From assembly GCA_031281895.1 (NCBI GenBank), contig JAITET010000061.1, positions 1 to 33,684 of the forward strand: DNA of 33,684 nucleotides, given 5' to 3'. The DNA is from Puniceicoccales bacterium (GTDB lineage: Bacteria > Verrucomicrobiota > Verrucomicrobiia > Opitutales > JAIRKQ01). The notes beneath the pieces were generated by a model. That model made no database searches. It had not been told where the DNA came from and was given only the letters and a program-made list of their open reading frames with translations. The first letter of the stretch is position 1, and every line of letters starts with the position of its first letter. The translations under genes and the position numbers were made by a program. Below, piece by piece: positions 18,574 to 27,978 of the stretch.

Positions 18574-19227
18574 ATGGGTCAGAAGGTTAATCCTGTAGTT
18601 TTTCGTTTGCCAATTCGTCGTGACTGGCGATCCCGTTGGTTCGCAGACAGCAAAAATTTTTCAAAATTTTTGTTGGATGATTATAAGATACGTCGTTTCA
18701 TCAAGACGAAGTTGAAATACGTTTCCATTGCACGCATTGACATTGAGCGTTCCGGAGACAAAGTTCGGGTGAAGCTTGCAACTCCAAGACCTGGGGTAAT
18801 CATAGGTGTCAAGGGAAAGGAACTTGATAAGTTGACCGATGAATTAAAAGTGTTAACCCATTCTGATATAATAGTTGATGTTCAGGAAATAAAGCGCCCC
18901 GATTTGGTTGCCCAACTTGTGGCGGAAAATGTTGCGATGCAAATAGAACGACGTATCGCTTTTAGGCGTGCACTCAAGAAAGTTGTTCAGTCGGCCATGA
19001 GTTTTGGTGCCTCCGGTATAAGGGTTCGCTGTTCCGGGAGACTTGGAGGTGCTGAAATTGCCAGGACGGAAGAACAAAAGGATGGTTGTGTACCCTTACA
19101 TACACTAAGGGCTAATATCGATTATGGTTTTGCGGAAGCCAATACATCTGCAGGAAAGATAGGAATTAAGTGTTGGCTTTTTAATCAAAAAGAAGAAATA
19201 TTTCCTCGAAGGAAATCAGATAAATAG
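18574..19227 (+). CDS. rpsC: 30S ribosomal protein S3
   Basis: It has the N-terminus 'MGQKVNP', a KH-domain 'GVIIGVKGKE', and 'SGRLGGAEIARTE'. Confidence 0.96.
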   Translation: MGQKVNPVVFRLPIRRDWRSRWFADSKNFSKFLLDDYKIRRFIKTKLKYVSIARIDIERSGDKVRVKLATPRPGVIIGVKGKELDKLTDELKVLTHSDIIVDVQEIKRPDLVAQLVAENVAMQIERRIAFRRALKKVVQSAMSFGASGIRVRCSGRLGGAEIARTEEQKDGCVPLHTLRANIDYGFAEANTSAGKIGIKCWLFNQKEEIFPRRKSDK

Positions 19228-19235
19228 TATTTATC

Positions 19236-19658
19236 ATGAGCAATTTATTACCATCAAAAACCAAATATAGGAAGGTGCAAAAAGGACGCAATCGGGGAAT
19301 TGCCAAAGGTGGCAACACCATTGCATTTGGTGACTTTGCCATACAATCCTTTGAACGCGGCAGCATTACATCCGCTCAATTGGAAGCTGCTCGTATTGCC
19401 ATTAATAGGCATTTGAAGAGAAAAGGAAAAGTTTGGATGCGTCTGTTTCCACAGAAGCCAATCACTAAAAAACCGGCTGAAACTCGTATGGGCAAAGGGA
19501 AAGGTGGAGTAGAATATTGGGTATCAATCATCAAACCAGGGAGTATTATTTTTGAGGTCGCTGGTGTTTCGGCAACATTGGCTCGCGAGGCCATACGGTT
19601 GGCTGATTGTAAATTGCCGGTTCATTGTCGTTTCATTTGCCGTGAGGAACAAAGTTAG
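19236..19658 (+). CDS. rplP: 50S ribosomal protein L16
   Basis: 'KYRKVQKGR', 'ITSAQLEAARIAINRHLKRKGKVWMRLFP' and 'KPAETRMGKGKG' identify L16. Confidence 0.96.
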   Translation: MSNLLPSKTKYRKVQKGRNRGIAKGGNTIAFGDFAIQSFERGSITSAQLEAARIAINRHLKRKGKVWMRLFPQKPITKKPAETRMGKGKGGVEYWVSIIKPGSIIFEVAGVSATLAREAIRLADCKLPVHCRFICREEQS

Positions 19659-19666
19659 GAAAGTAT

Positions 19667-19858
19667 ATGAAAAATAAGGACTTTATTGGTTTGACCTATC
19701 AGGAAATTTGCCAGAAAGAAATGGGTTTGCGTGATGAACTCATACGCTTGAAGCTGAAACGTAAGATTGGACAATTGGAAAAAACTCATAGGTTTTCCGA
19801 AATAAGGCGAAACATAGCTAGGCTTATGGGCCTAAAATTACGCCAGAGCAAGGATTAG
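19667..19858 (+). CDS. rpmC: 50S ribosomal protein L29
   Basis: 63-aa helical basic protein in the canonical slot between L16 and S17, with the L29-like 'EL..LKLKRKIGQLEKTH....IRRNIAR'. Confidence 0.88.
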   Translation: MKNKDFIGLTYQEICQKEMGLRDELIRLKLKRKIGQLEKTHRFSEIRRNIARLMGLKLRQSKD

Positions 19859-19861
19859 GTT

Positions 19862-20140
19862 ATGGAAAATAAGATCAAAAGGAATTTTAGAAAGTTTTTG
19901 GTGGGAAATGTCGTCAAAAAATCGGGTGATAAAACGATAAAGGTTGCTTGTTTTTACAAAGTCCCCCATTCCGTTTACCAGAAAGAGGTTAAGCGCAAAA
20001 CTGTCATTTATGTCCACGATAAGGACAACAAGTGTGCCGTCGGAGATTCTGTTCGCGTCTTCGAAACTAGGCCATTGAGCAGGTTAAAACGCTGGCGGGT
20101 GGGGAACATAATAGGTACAACTTCCAACATCGACGTATAA
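19862..20140 (+). CDS. rpsQ: 30S ribosomal protein S17
   Basis: 92 aa. '[14 protein letters not shown]', '[29 protein letters not shown]' identify S17. Confidence 0.94.
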   Translation: MENKIKRNFRKFLVGNVVKKSGDKTIKVACFYKVPHSVYQKEVKRKTVIYVHDKDNKCAVGDSVRVFETRPLSRLKRWRVGNIIGTTSNIDV

Positions 20141-20154
20141 AAGGAACAAATACT

Positions 20155-20520
20155 ATGTTACAACAGGAAAGTATTTTAGAAGTCGCAGATAATGTGGGAG
20201 CCAAACAGGTTAAAATGATAAGGCGACTTGGCCAAAATAAGCGGACTGCTACCGTTGGGGATATAATTATTTGCAGCGTTCAGTCGAGCATCCCAGAATC
20301 TACCGTCAAAAAGGGAGCCGTTGTGTCTGCCGTAATAGTGAGAACTAAATATCCTATCAGGCGAGATGATGGAAGTTACTTGAGGTTTGGCAGCAATGCT
20401 TGCGTCATAATAGATGATAAAAAAAATCCAAAGGGTACTAGAATTTTTGGCCCGGTGGCAAGGGAGTTGAGGCAAAAGAATTTCACCAAAATAATTTCGT
20501 TGGCTCTGGAGGTAATATGA
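20155..20520 (+). CDS. rplN: 50S ribosomal protein L14
   Basis: '[17 protein letters not shown]', 'GDIIICSV' and 'FGPVARELR' identify L14. Confidence 0.96.
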   Translation: MLQQESILEVADNVGAKQVKMIRRLGQNKRTATVGDIIICSVQSSIPESTVKKGAVVSAVIVRTKYPIRRDDGSYLRFGSNACVIIDDKKNPKGTRIFGPVARELRQKNFTKIISLALEVI

Positions 20521-20786
20521 AGCAAACATTAAAAAGAGGAGATGAGGTTGTAGTCATAGCAGGAGATGCTAAGGACCAAACTGGTAAGGTGATCAAGGTT
20601 TTACGGGGAAAAAATAAAGTTATTGTTGAAGGTGTCGCCGTTGCGAGGAGGCACATGCGCAAGTCACAGGAATATCCCAATGGAACAATCATTGATAAGC
20701 CAATGCCCATTCACTTGTCAAATGTTGCCCGGAAATCGATGGGAAATGAGTTGGAAGACACAAAGAAGGATAATAAAAATGCTTGA
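20517..20786 (+). CDS. rplX: 50S ribosomal protein L24
   Basis: It has the KOW motif '[23 protein letters not shown]'. Its start overlaps the rplN stop in an ATGA. Confidence 0.94.
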   Translation: MKQTLKRGDEVVVIAGDAKDQTGKVIKVLRGKNKVIVEGVAVARRHMRKSQEYPNGTIIDKPMPIHLSNVARKSMGNELEDTKKDNKNA

Positions 20787-20845
20787 TTTTTTTAGCGATT
20801 TTTTTTGGGTGTTTTACGCATAGTGATGAACAGATGGATTCTCGA

Positions 20846-21391
20846 ATGAACAAGCCATATTCTAAAAAATTATATGATGAGCGTATTTCCGTCGAACTTG
20901 CAAAGGAGTTCGCGTTGAAAAATTGTCACCAAATTCCCAAGTTGGAAAAGATAGTGATAAATTCAGCCATCAATGCCGATGCTGACAAGACGTTAGTCCA
21001 GGAAATCCAGAAAGAAATTTCACTAATAGCTGGACAAAAATCCGTTCTAACAAAGTCCAAAAAAAGCATTTCGAACTTTAAATTGAGGAAGGGTATGACC
21101 GTGGGAGCGATGGTTACGTTGCGTGCTAATAATATGTATGAGTTCTTGTCAAAGTTGATCTTTGTTACATTGCCTAAAATTCGTGACTTTCGCGGTATAT
21201 CCAACAAAATGGATGGGCATGGGAATTATAACATGGGCATAAGCGATCACACAATTTTCCCTGAAATAAACATAGATCGGGAAAGAAAGTTAGTTGGAAT
21301 GGATATAACTTTTGTTACATCGACCAATGATGATAAACAAGGACATGCTTTGTTGTCAAAATTTGGAATGCCATTTAGGAGAAAATCATAG
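20846..21391 (+). CDS. rplE: 50S ribosomal protein L5
   Basis: 'IPKLEKIVIN', 'FKLRKGMTVGAMVTLRANNMYEFLSKLI' and 'LPKIRDFRG' identify L5. ATG 20846 leaves the same 29-residue lead before the 'PKLEKI' block as E. coli L5. ATG 20834 is an equally possible start. I think the track's TTG at 20783 is spurious because it adds a hydrophobic leader. Confidence 0.92.
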   Translation: MNKPYSKKLYDERISVELAKEFALKNCHQIPKLEKIVINSAINADADKTLVQEIQKEISLIAGQKSVLTKSKKSISNFKLRKGMTVGAMVTLRANNMYEFLSKLIFVTLPKIRDFRGISNKMDGHGNYNMGISDHTIFPEINIDRERKLVGMDITFVTSTNDDKQGHALLSKFGMPFRRKS

Positions 21392-21412
21392 AATTCGGAA
21401 AGTGTTTTACAT

Positions 21413-21718
21413 ATGACGAAAAAATCTGCAATTGCTAGGAATGATAAAAGGATAAGGCTGGTGACTTTCCATGCCGAACGGCGAAAGGAATTAAAGCGTA
21501 AGCTATTGGATATTAATTTGTCGGATGAGGAATATTTCGATGCCCAGAGAAAACTGGCCAAATTGCCGAGAAATTCTTCAAAGGTTAGGGTAAGAAATAG
21601 ATGTGCCATAACCGGACGAGCAAGGGGATTTCATGGGTTGTTTGGAATTTCAAGACTGCAATTGAGGGAAATGGCATCTTTCGGTGAAATTCCAGGAATA
21701 ACAAAGTCATCGTGGTAA
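21413..21718 (+). CDS. rpsN: 30S ribosomal protein S14 (long, non-zinc form)
   Basis: 101 aa. 'RVRNRCAITGRARGFHGLFGISRLQLREMASFGEIPGITKSSW' identifies S14. Confidence 0.95.
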   Translation: MTKKSAIARNDKRIRLVTFHAERRKELKRKLLDINLSDEEYFDAQRKLAKLPRNSSKVRVRNRCAITGRARGFHGLFGISRLQLREMASFGEIPGITKSSW

Positions 21719-21735
21719 TTTTGAATGAGGAAAAA

Positions 21736-22125
21736 ATGGACGTTATTGGTAATTTTATAACAATCTTGAGAAATGCTAGTAGGACAAATAAGGCTAGCTG
21801 TTGCGTACAATGGTCAGCTCTTAAAGATGGAATAGCAAAAGTTTTTAAAGAGAGAGGATACATCAAGGATTTTGTGAAGGAGCAAACGGATGAGGGACAT
21901 GTCGTATTGAAAGTGTCTTTGAAGTATGTGAATGGGATCTCCGCCATTACTGAAATCGGTAGAATTGGCAAGCCAGGTCGCCGCCAATACGCTTCCAAAG
22001 AAAAAATCCCATCAATTCTAGGAGGGATGGGTGAGTGTGTTTTGTCAACTTCCAAAGGCATTTTATCGGGGAAAACAGCCAAGCAATTGGGAGTGGGTGG
22101 CGAGTTGGTATGTTACGTTTTGTAG
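21736..22125 (+). CDS. rpsH: 30S ribosomal protein S8
   Basis: 'DVIGNFITILRNAS', 'STSKGILS' and the C-terminal 'GVGGELVCYV' identify S8. The start is ATG 21736 (SD GAGG 5 nt upstream). Confidence 0.95.
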   Translation: MDVIGNFITILRNASRTNKASCCVQWSALKDGIAKVFKERGYIKDFVKEQTDEGHVVLKVSLKYVNGISAITEIGRIGKPGRRQYASKEKIPSILGGMGECVLSTSKGILSGKTAKQLGVGGELVCYVL

Positions 22126-22135
22126 GTGGATAAAA

Positions 22136-22681
22136 ATGAGCAGGATAGGTAAGTCGCCCATATGTATTCCTTCGAAGGTGAAGGTTGTCGTCGATGGCAG
22201 CCACATAATCGTCGAAGGGCCATTGGGTAAAAACGAAAAAACTTTCGACGATTCCGTCATCATTAAACAGGTGGACGGTGAAATATGTGTGTATTGTAGG
22301 GATGAAAATGATAAACATTCTTGCATGATGCACGGTACCGTTAGGTCGATAATAAACTCAATGGTGATCGGTGTTGTCAGCGGATATTCGAAAAATCTTG
22401 AAATAAGCGGTGTTGGATTTAAAGTGGCGATGAAAGGGCAAAACATTTTGGATCTCAACCTTGGGTACTCCCATGATATTTCATACACCATCCCTAATGG
22501 GATTAGGCTTGAAATTGATCCATCGGGAACAAAGATTGCCGTAAAGGGCATCGATAAAAAGCTTGTTGGTCAAGTAGCTTCCGATATAAAAAAGTTTTAT
22601 CCCGTAGAACCTTATAAGGGTAAAGGAGTTAGAATAGTGGGAGAATTTGTGAGACGCAAGGAAGGAAAGAAGACCGCATAG
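22136..22681 (+). CDS. rplF: 50S ribosomal protein L6
   Basis: 'MSRIGKSPICIP', 'GVGFKVAMKGQNILDLNLGYSH' and 'PEPYKGKG' (here 'VEPYKGKGV') identify L6. The start is ATG 22136 (SD AGGTGG). The track's 22031 start overlaps rpsH. Confidence 0.95.
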   Translation: MSRIGKSPICIPSKVKVVVDGSHIIVEGPLGKNEKTFDDSVIIKQVDGEICVYCRDENDKHSCMMHGTVRSIINSMVIGVVSGYSKNLEISGVGFKVAMKGQNILDLNLGYSHDISYTIPNGIRLEIDPSGTKIAVKGIDKKLVGQVASDIKKFYPVEPYKGKGVRIVGEFVRRKEGKKTA

Positions 22682-22713
22682 CTAAATGGTTGTTGTTTTG
22701 AGGATTAAAAGGT

Positions 22714-23073
22714 ATGCAAACTAATAAAAAAATACGCAGTGAAAAGCGAAAAAAACGGGTCAGAAAGTGCGTTGTTGGTACTGCAACAAGGCCAAGGTTG
22801 TCCATAAAATTTTCCGGGAAACATATTTATGCCCAGTGCGTAGATGATGAAATTGGAAATACGCTGGTGTTTTTAAGCACTTTGGCAAAGGAAGTGAAGG
22901 AACAAAAGGTAATTGCCAATGTTGCTGGAGCAGTCTTCTTAGGAAAGATGTTTGGTGAAAAAGCTGTTTCTTTTGGAATAAAGCAGGTTGTGTTTGACAG
23001 AGGAGGGCGAAAATATCATGGTTGTGTACAAAGTTTTGCCGATGCAGCTCGTGGAACGGGTTTGTTGTTTTAG
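22714..23073 (+). CDS. rplR: 50S ribosomal protein L18
   Basis: 'RPRLSIKFSGKHIYAQCVDD' and 'VVFDRGGRKYHGCVQSFADAARGTGLLF' identify L18. Confidence 0.95.
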   Translation: MQTNKKIRSEKRKKRVRKCVVGTATRPRLSIKFSGKHIYAQCVDDEIGNTLVFLSTLAKEVKEQKVIANVAGAVFLGKMFGEKAVSFGIKQVVFDRGGRKYHGCVQSFADAARGTGLLF

Positions 23074-23088
23074 TATGTAGGTTGAAAT

Positions 23089-23652
23089 ATGAGTGATTTT
23101 AAAAAATCGGAAAAGAAAGCCAATAATTTTCGCAAAAAGCAGGGGAGTGACGCTAGTCATTCAACGAAGGCTGAACGTGGGGAGCTGAAAGAAAAGGTTA
23201 TTCATGTAAATCGCTGCGCAAAGGTAGTCAAGGGAGGTAGACGGTTTGGGTTTGCCGCATTGGTTGTTGTTGGAGATCAAAAGGGAAGAATGGGGGTCGG
23301 ATATGGAAAAGCGAAGGAAGTTCCTGAAGCAATTAAAAAGGGGACCGAACGGGCGAAAAAAAACATGACGTCGTTTCAATTACATGAGGCCACCGTTCCC
23401 CACATGGCCATAGGTGTTTCCGATGGAGGTCGTGTTCTATTGCGTCCAGCGGCACCCGGTACAGGTGTTATCGCTGGCGGTGGAGTTCGGGCCGTTCTTG
23501 AAATGTTGGGTGTAAAAGATGTGTTGACGAAATCAATGGGGTCGAATAATCAGATTGCGGTGGTCAATGCGACCTTGGATGCGCTGGGGAAGATGCGGAA
23601 CTATGCACTGATCAAACAGATACGAACTGCAGTTGGAGATGAAGTCATATAA
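23089..23652 (+). CDS. rpsE: 30S ribosomal protein S5
   Basis: '[45 protein letters not shown]' and 'GTGVIAGG' identify S5. Confidence 0.96.
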   Translation: MSDFKKSEKKANNFRKKQGSDASHSTKAERGELKEKVIHVNRCAKVVKGGRRFGFAALVVVGDQKGRMGVGYGKAKEVPEAIKKGTERAKKNMTSFQLHEATVPHMAIGVSDGGRVLLRPAAPGTGVIAGGGVRAVLEMLGVKDVLTKSMGSNNQIAVVNATLDALGKMRNYALIKQIRTAVGDEVI

Positions 23653-23666
23653 AAAGGATTTGACCA

Positions 23667-24122
23667 ATGAAACTTAACGAATTGCCAAAGATTTTAGCTT
23701 ACTCAAAAAATACCAAGCGGCGAGGTAAGGGAGTTGGTTCCGGCCAGGGGAAAACTGCGGGGCGAGGCCATAAGGGAGGCAAAGCACGTGCTGGATATAG
23801 TCCGGCACCATGTTGTAGCGGTATCCCCTTTTATAGGCATTTTCCAATCCGTGGATTTTCCAATGCAAGTTTTCGTGTACCATTCGCCATCGTAGATTTA
23901 CAAAATCTTGCTGATCTTCAACTTGATACCGTGGATAAGTCGTGTATGCAGCAACGAGGATTGATCAAAAACAGCGAAATTTTGGTTAAAGTTCTAGGTG
24001 GAGTAATTCTTTCCAAGCCAATTACGGTGATTGCCGATAAATTTTCTAAAAGTGCCATTGAGGCCATAGAAAGTGCCGGGGGAAAGGCCGTGATTTTGTT
24101 GGACGAACCACAGAAAAAATAA
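23667..24122 (+). CDS. rplO: 50S ribosomal protein L15
   Basis: 'RRGKGVGSGQGKTAGRGHKGGKARAG' identifies L15. It follows rpsE after a 14-nt gap, so there is no L30 gene between them. Confidence 0.95.
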   Translation: MKLNELPKILAYSKNTKRRGKGVGSGQGKTAGRGHKGGKARAGYSPAPCCSGIPFYRHFPIRGFSNASFRVPFAIVDLQNLADLQLDTVDKSCMQQRGLIKNSEILVKVLGGVILSKPITVIADKFSKSAIEAIESAGGKAVILLDEPQKK

Positions 24123-24134
24123 TGGTGATGTAAG

Positions 24135-25634
24135 ATGTTATCAGCTTTTGCAAATTGTTTTAAAATCACAGATCTGCGCAATAGGATTCTTATTACGCTG
24201 GCACTGTTGTTTGTTGCCCGCGTTGGGGCCAGTATTCCGTTACCTGGCTTGGATCCATTGCCGCTTACAAATTTTATGATGTCCAAAACATCTGCGTCGG
24301 GTGGAATAATGGACCTCTACAACATGTTCACGGGAGGAGCCCTATTAAAAGGGGCCATATTTGGGCTGGGCATCATGCCTTACATAAGTGCATCCATTAT
24401 CATGCAGCTTTTAGGGGCTATAAATCCAGCATTGGCCAGATTGCAACATGAGGGAGAAGTGGGTAGACAAAAAATAGCACAGTATACCCGCTATTTGACC
24501 GTCGTCGTTTGTCTTATTCAAGGATGGCTATTGGTTATGGCCCTGGCCAACTATCCTGACAAACTTTTCTATGGGTTTAATGCCAATCAGTATGGCAATA
24601 TTATCATAAAAGATGGCGTGTCATTTTTCATAACGTCCACAATATTTTTGATGACTGGTACATTGATTTTGGTCTGGATCGGAGAACAAATTTCCCAGGT
24701 CGGCATAGGGAATGGCATTTCCCTCCTCATAGCTGCAGGGATTTTATCCTCAATGCCTGGAGCTATCATCCAGGCGGTCAAAATGTTCAAAGTTTCTGCG
24801 GGAATGCCAAAGATTTTCGGCCTATGGCATGGGGTATTGATGCTAACGCTATTAATTTCTGTGGTGGCTCTTATGATATCTGTTACGCAGGCTGATAGAA
24901 AAATCCCAGTACAGTATGTTTCCCGCATAGTTGGGCGTAAAATGTACTCAGGTCAGTCCTCCTATCTCCCCTTGAAAATTAACTATTCTGGAGTCATGCC
25001 GGTAATTTTCGCAAGTGCCATATTACTTTTCCCCCAACAAATATTTGCCTATGTGGGAGCTGCAACGGGCATAAGGTTTTTTCAAAAGGCTTCCATGATT
25101 TTGAGCCATGGCTCAACAACCTACTATGTTTTGTATGGTTTGCTCATTTTGTGTTTCAGCTATTTTTGGGTCTCAATAATGTTTCGACCCGCCCAAATAG
25201 CGGATGAATTGAAAAAGAATGGGGGATATATCCCAGGCATTAAGCCGGGGGATTCCACGGCAACGTTTTTAGACTTTGTCATGACCCGTTTGACATTTGC
25301 GGGAGCGGTATTTCTGACGGCAGTAGCGTTATTACCGGACCTGTTGTTTTTTTCATTTGGCGTTTCCTATTCCATTGCTTTATTTTTTGGAGGAACGGGG
25401 ACATTGATTTCGGTCGGTGTTGTCCTTGAAACCATGAAGCAAATAGAAGGACATTTGTTGCAAAAAAATTATGACGGATTTCTAAAAAAAATAAAGGTTC
25501 GTACGAACAGTAAAATTGAATCTCCAGACGATGTTTCCAAGATGCGCAAGATTATTTATATCGCCATGGCCGTCCTGTTAGGAATAATCATTGCGTGGTT
25601 TGTTATTTGCCATGGGAAGGGGCATTGCAGATGA
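24135..25634 (+). CDS. secY: Preprotein translocase subunit SecY, with a ~47-aa C-terminal extension
   Basis: 'LRNRILITLALLFVARVGASIPLPG', 'GIMPYISASIIMQLL', 'GISLLI' and 'GGTGTLISVGVVLETMKQIE' identify SecY. At 499 aa it is longer than the usual ~440 aa. Confidence 0.96.
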   Translation: MLSAFANCFKITDLRNRILITLALLFVARVGASIPLPGLDPLPLTNFMMSKTSASGGIMDLYNMFTGGALLKGAIFGLGIMPYISASIIMQLLGAINPALARLQHEGEVGRQKIAQYTRYLTVVVCLIQGWLLVMALANYPDKLFYGFNANQYGNIIIKDGVSFFITSTIFLMTGTLILVWIGEQISQVGIGNGISLLIAAGILSSMPGAIIQAVKMFKVSAGMPKIFGLWHGVLMLTLLISVVALMISVTQADRKIPVQYVSRIVGRKMYSGQSSYLPLKINYSGVMPVIFASAILLFPQQIFAYVGAATGIRFFQKASMILSHGSTTYYVLYGLLILCFSYFWVSIMFRPAQIADELKKNGGYIPGIKPGDSTATFLDFVMTRLTFAGAVFLTAVALLPDLLFFSFGVSYSIALFFGGTGTLISVGVVLETMKQIEGHLLQKNYDGFLKKIKVRTNSKIESPDDVSKMRKIIYIAMAVLLGIIIAWFVICHGKGHCR

Positions 25635-26401
25635 TTACGATAAAAACAGAGGAAGAGATTGTAAAAATGCGTTCGGCCTGTGCGGTAGCTGCTAGAATTT
25701 TGCACGCGATGGCTGAATATGCCGACGTGGGAGTTAGTACCTATGATTTGGATTGTTTCGGGCGGGACCTAATGATGGAACTCGGAGCTCAGAGTGCTAG
25801 TTTTCAATATCATCCCGACGGTAAGACTCCATATCCGGCCTATTCTTGTATCTCCCTAAACGATGAAGTTGTTCATGGCATCCCTTCCAAAAGCGTATTT
25901 TTGAAAGATGGGGACATAGTTAGCATAGATGTTGCCGTGTTTTACAACGGATATGTCGGGGATAATACGAAAACCGTACGCATAGGGAATGTTTCGAAGG
26001 AAGTTGATCGATTTGTTAGGGTATCCGAAGAAGCCTTGGAGCTTGGCATTGCCCAGGCGATTTCTGGCAATATAGTTGGCAACATTTCCCATGCCATAGA
26101 AGAACATGCAAAAAAAAATAAGTGTGGCATTTTAAGGGATTTTGTGGGCCATGGGGTCGGCAAAAATATGCACGAAGATCCGCAGATCCCAAACTTTGGT
26201 TCCCCCGGGAGTGGACCAATTTTGAAACCTGGAATGACATTGGCCATAGAACCAATGTTTACCTTTGGCAGTGAAGAAGTTTTTATTGCCGATGACGGCT
26301 GGACGGTTAGAACTGTGGACGGGAAACTAGCTGTTCATTGTGAACATACAATTTTAGTTACCGAGACTTTACCAGAAATCTTGACTTTAGATAAAAAATG
26401 A
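25631..26401 (+). CDS. map: Type I methionine aminopeptidase
   Basis: 'EEIVKMRSAC', 'NDEVVHGIP', 'GDIVSIDV', 'GYVGDNT', 'FVGHGVG', 'LAIEPM' and 'CEHTILVT' identify MetAP. The start is ATG 25631, which overlaps the secY stop in an ATGA (SD GAAGGGG upstream). Confidence 0.95.
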   Translation: MITIKTEEEIVKMRSACAVAARILHAMAEYADVGVSTYDLDCFGRDLMMELGAQSASFQYHPDGKTPYPAYSCISLNDEVVHGIPSKSVFLKDGDIVSIDVAVFYNGYVGDNTKTVRIGNVSKEVDRFVRVSEEALELGIAQAISGNIVGNISHAIEEHAKKNKCGILRDFVGHGVGKNMHEDPQIPNFGSPGSGPILKPGMTLAIEPMFTFGSEEVFIADDGWTVRTVDGKLAVHCEHTILVTETLPEILTLDKK

Positions 26402-26443
26402 TTTTGGAATTCGATTTGTTAAAAATTTTAATAGTGAGAAATT

Positions 26444-26824
26444 ATGCCTCGTATTTTAGGAGTTGACATACCTGATGGTAAAAAAGTTGGCTATGCGTTA
26501 CAGTATATTCAAGGAATAGGTCCTGCACGTGCGGCAATGATATTGGAAGCGACAGGAATTGTTACCGATATGCGTGCCCGTGAATTAAACGAAGAGCATA
26601 TCAATAAGATTACTTCCTTTATCAATTCTGCCGGATGGAAAATAGAGGGCGACCTGCGTAGGGAAATCGTGGCAAACTTAAAAAGGTTGCAGGCGATAAA
26701 ATGTTACCGTGGGTTGAGACATTACAAAGGATTACCGGTTAGGGGACAGAGGACATCAACAAATGCGCGTACCAGAAAAGGAGCTCGCAAGACAGTTGGG
26801 GTTGTGAAAAAAGAGACAAAATAA
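26444..26824 (+). CDS. rpsM: 30S ribosomal protein S13
   Basis: 'MPRILGVDIP' and 'CYRGLRHYKGLPVRGQRTSTNARTRKG' identify S13. Confidence 0.96.
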   Translation: MPRILGVDIPDGKKVGYALQYIQGIGPARAAMILEATGIVTDMRARELNEEHINKITSFINSAGWKIEGDLRREIVANLKRLQAIKCYRGLRHYKGLPVRGQRTSTNARTRKGARKTVGVVKKETK

Positions 26825-26848
26825 TTGGAATAAAAAGGATCTAGATAA

Positions 26849-27316
26849 ATGAGCGAAGACAAAAATAATGATACAAAAGTTGCTCCCACGGAAGAAAAAG
26901 ACGAAAAGGCTACTTCCCTATTTGGGGATGTTGTTGATACAACGGTCAGAAAAGCAAAAAAATGTAAAAATATTACCAAGGGAATTTGTAACATCTTGGC
27001 CACATTCAATAACACGAAAGTATCCTTTGCAAGTCCAAATGGCAATGTAATCTCATGGGCCAGCGCAGGAAAATGTAATTTCCGTGGATCCAGAAAATCG
27101 ACGGCCTATGCAGCACAAATGGCCGTGCAAGATGCCGGAAAAGTAGCGATGTCGCATGGGATGAAAGAAGTTAGCATAAAAGTTAAGGGGCCTGGTATGG
27201 GGCGCGACGCTGCGATCAGGACGGTTCAAGTATTGGGACTTATCATCGATGAAATTATTGATGTCACACCCATTCCCCACAATGGATGTCGTCCAAGAAA
27301 AGTAAGAAGGCCTTAA
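26849..27316 (+). CDS. rpsK: 30S ribosomal protein S11 (extended acidic/basic N-terminus)
   Basis: 'ATFNNTKV', 'SWASAGKCNFRGSRKSTAYAAQMA' and 'GPGMGRDAAIR...DVTPIPHNGCRPRKVRR' identify S11. Confidence 0.95.
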   Translation: MSEDKNNDTKVAPTEEKDEKATSLFGDVVDTTVRKAKKCKNITKGICNILATFNNTKVSFASPNGNVISWASAGKCNFRGSRKSTAYAAQMAVQDAGKVAMSHGMKEVSIKVKGPGMGRDAAIRTVQVLGLIIDEIIDVTPIPHNGCRPRKVRRP

Positions 27317-27345
27317 CCTTCGAAACATTTAGGAGTTTTTTATTT

Positions 27346-27954
27346 ATGGCAAGATATATAGGTCCAAGAGCTAGAATTAATCGAAGATTTGCGATGTCGG
27401 TTTTCCCTCCCGGGAATGCGGAAGAGAGGAAGCCGTACATTCCCGGCATGCATGGGCCCCGTTTACGTCGTAAGGTTTCCGATTATTCGATTGGGTTTAT
27501 GGAAAAACAAAAAGTTCGCTATATGTATGGTCTAACGGAGAAACAATTCCGGTTGTATTTTGAAATTGCGAAGGGGCGACCTGGGATCACGGGGGCTGCT
27601 TTCTTGAAATTACTAGAACTGAGGTTGGATAATGTTATTTATAATTTTGGAATTGCAAGGAGTCGTGCCGCAGCTAGGCAATTTGTCACCCATGGTCATG
27701 TGCGTGTAAATGGGCAAAAAGTTAATATTCCAAGTTACATTTGTAAGGCTGGTGAAGTTATAGAAATTGCCGAGAAGTCTTCATCCCGTCAAATTGTTGT
27801 GCGTAACTGCGAATTAAATCGTGCCCGTAGCATTCCTGCGTGGCTTGAATTCAATTCGGCATTGTTGCGTGGTATGGTAAATCGAGAACCGGAGCGTGAA
27901 GAGATTTCGCAAGAAATAAATGAACAACTCATCGTCGAATTTTACAGTCGTTAA
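27346..27954 (+). CDS. rpsD: 30S ribosomal protein S4
   Basis: The N-terminus 'MARYIGPRARINRR', 'YGLTEKQFR' and an S4 RNA-binding domain 'LELRLDNVIYNFGIARSRAAARQFVTHGHVRVNGQKVNIPSY' identify S4. AGGAG lies upstream. The track's 27286 start overlaps rpsK. Confidence 0.95.
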   Translation: MARYIGPRARINRRFAMSVFPPGNAEERKPYIPGMHGPRLRRKVSDYSIGFMEKQKVRYMYGLTEKQFRLYFEIAKGRPGITGAAFLKLLELRLDNVIYNFGIARSRAAARQFVTHGHVRVNGQKVNIPSYICKAGEVIEIAEKSSSRQIVVRNCELNRARSIPAWLEFNSALLRGMVNREPEREEISQEINEQLIVEFYSR

Positions 27955-27978
27955 TTTTAAATTTTTTGGAAAATTTTT

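Noticed and set aside
20783-20833. Hydrophobic '[11 protein letters not shown]' leader on L5 as a signal peptide or separate micro-ORF
   Set aside because: It depends on a TTG with no SD that overlaps the rplX stop. The T-rich spacer trivially encodes Phe/Ile/Leu, and L5 homology starts at the later ATG.
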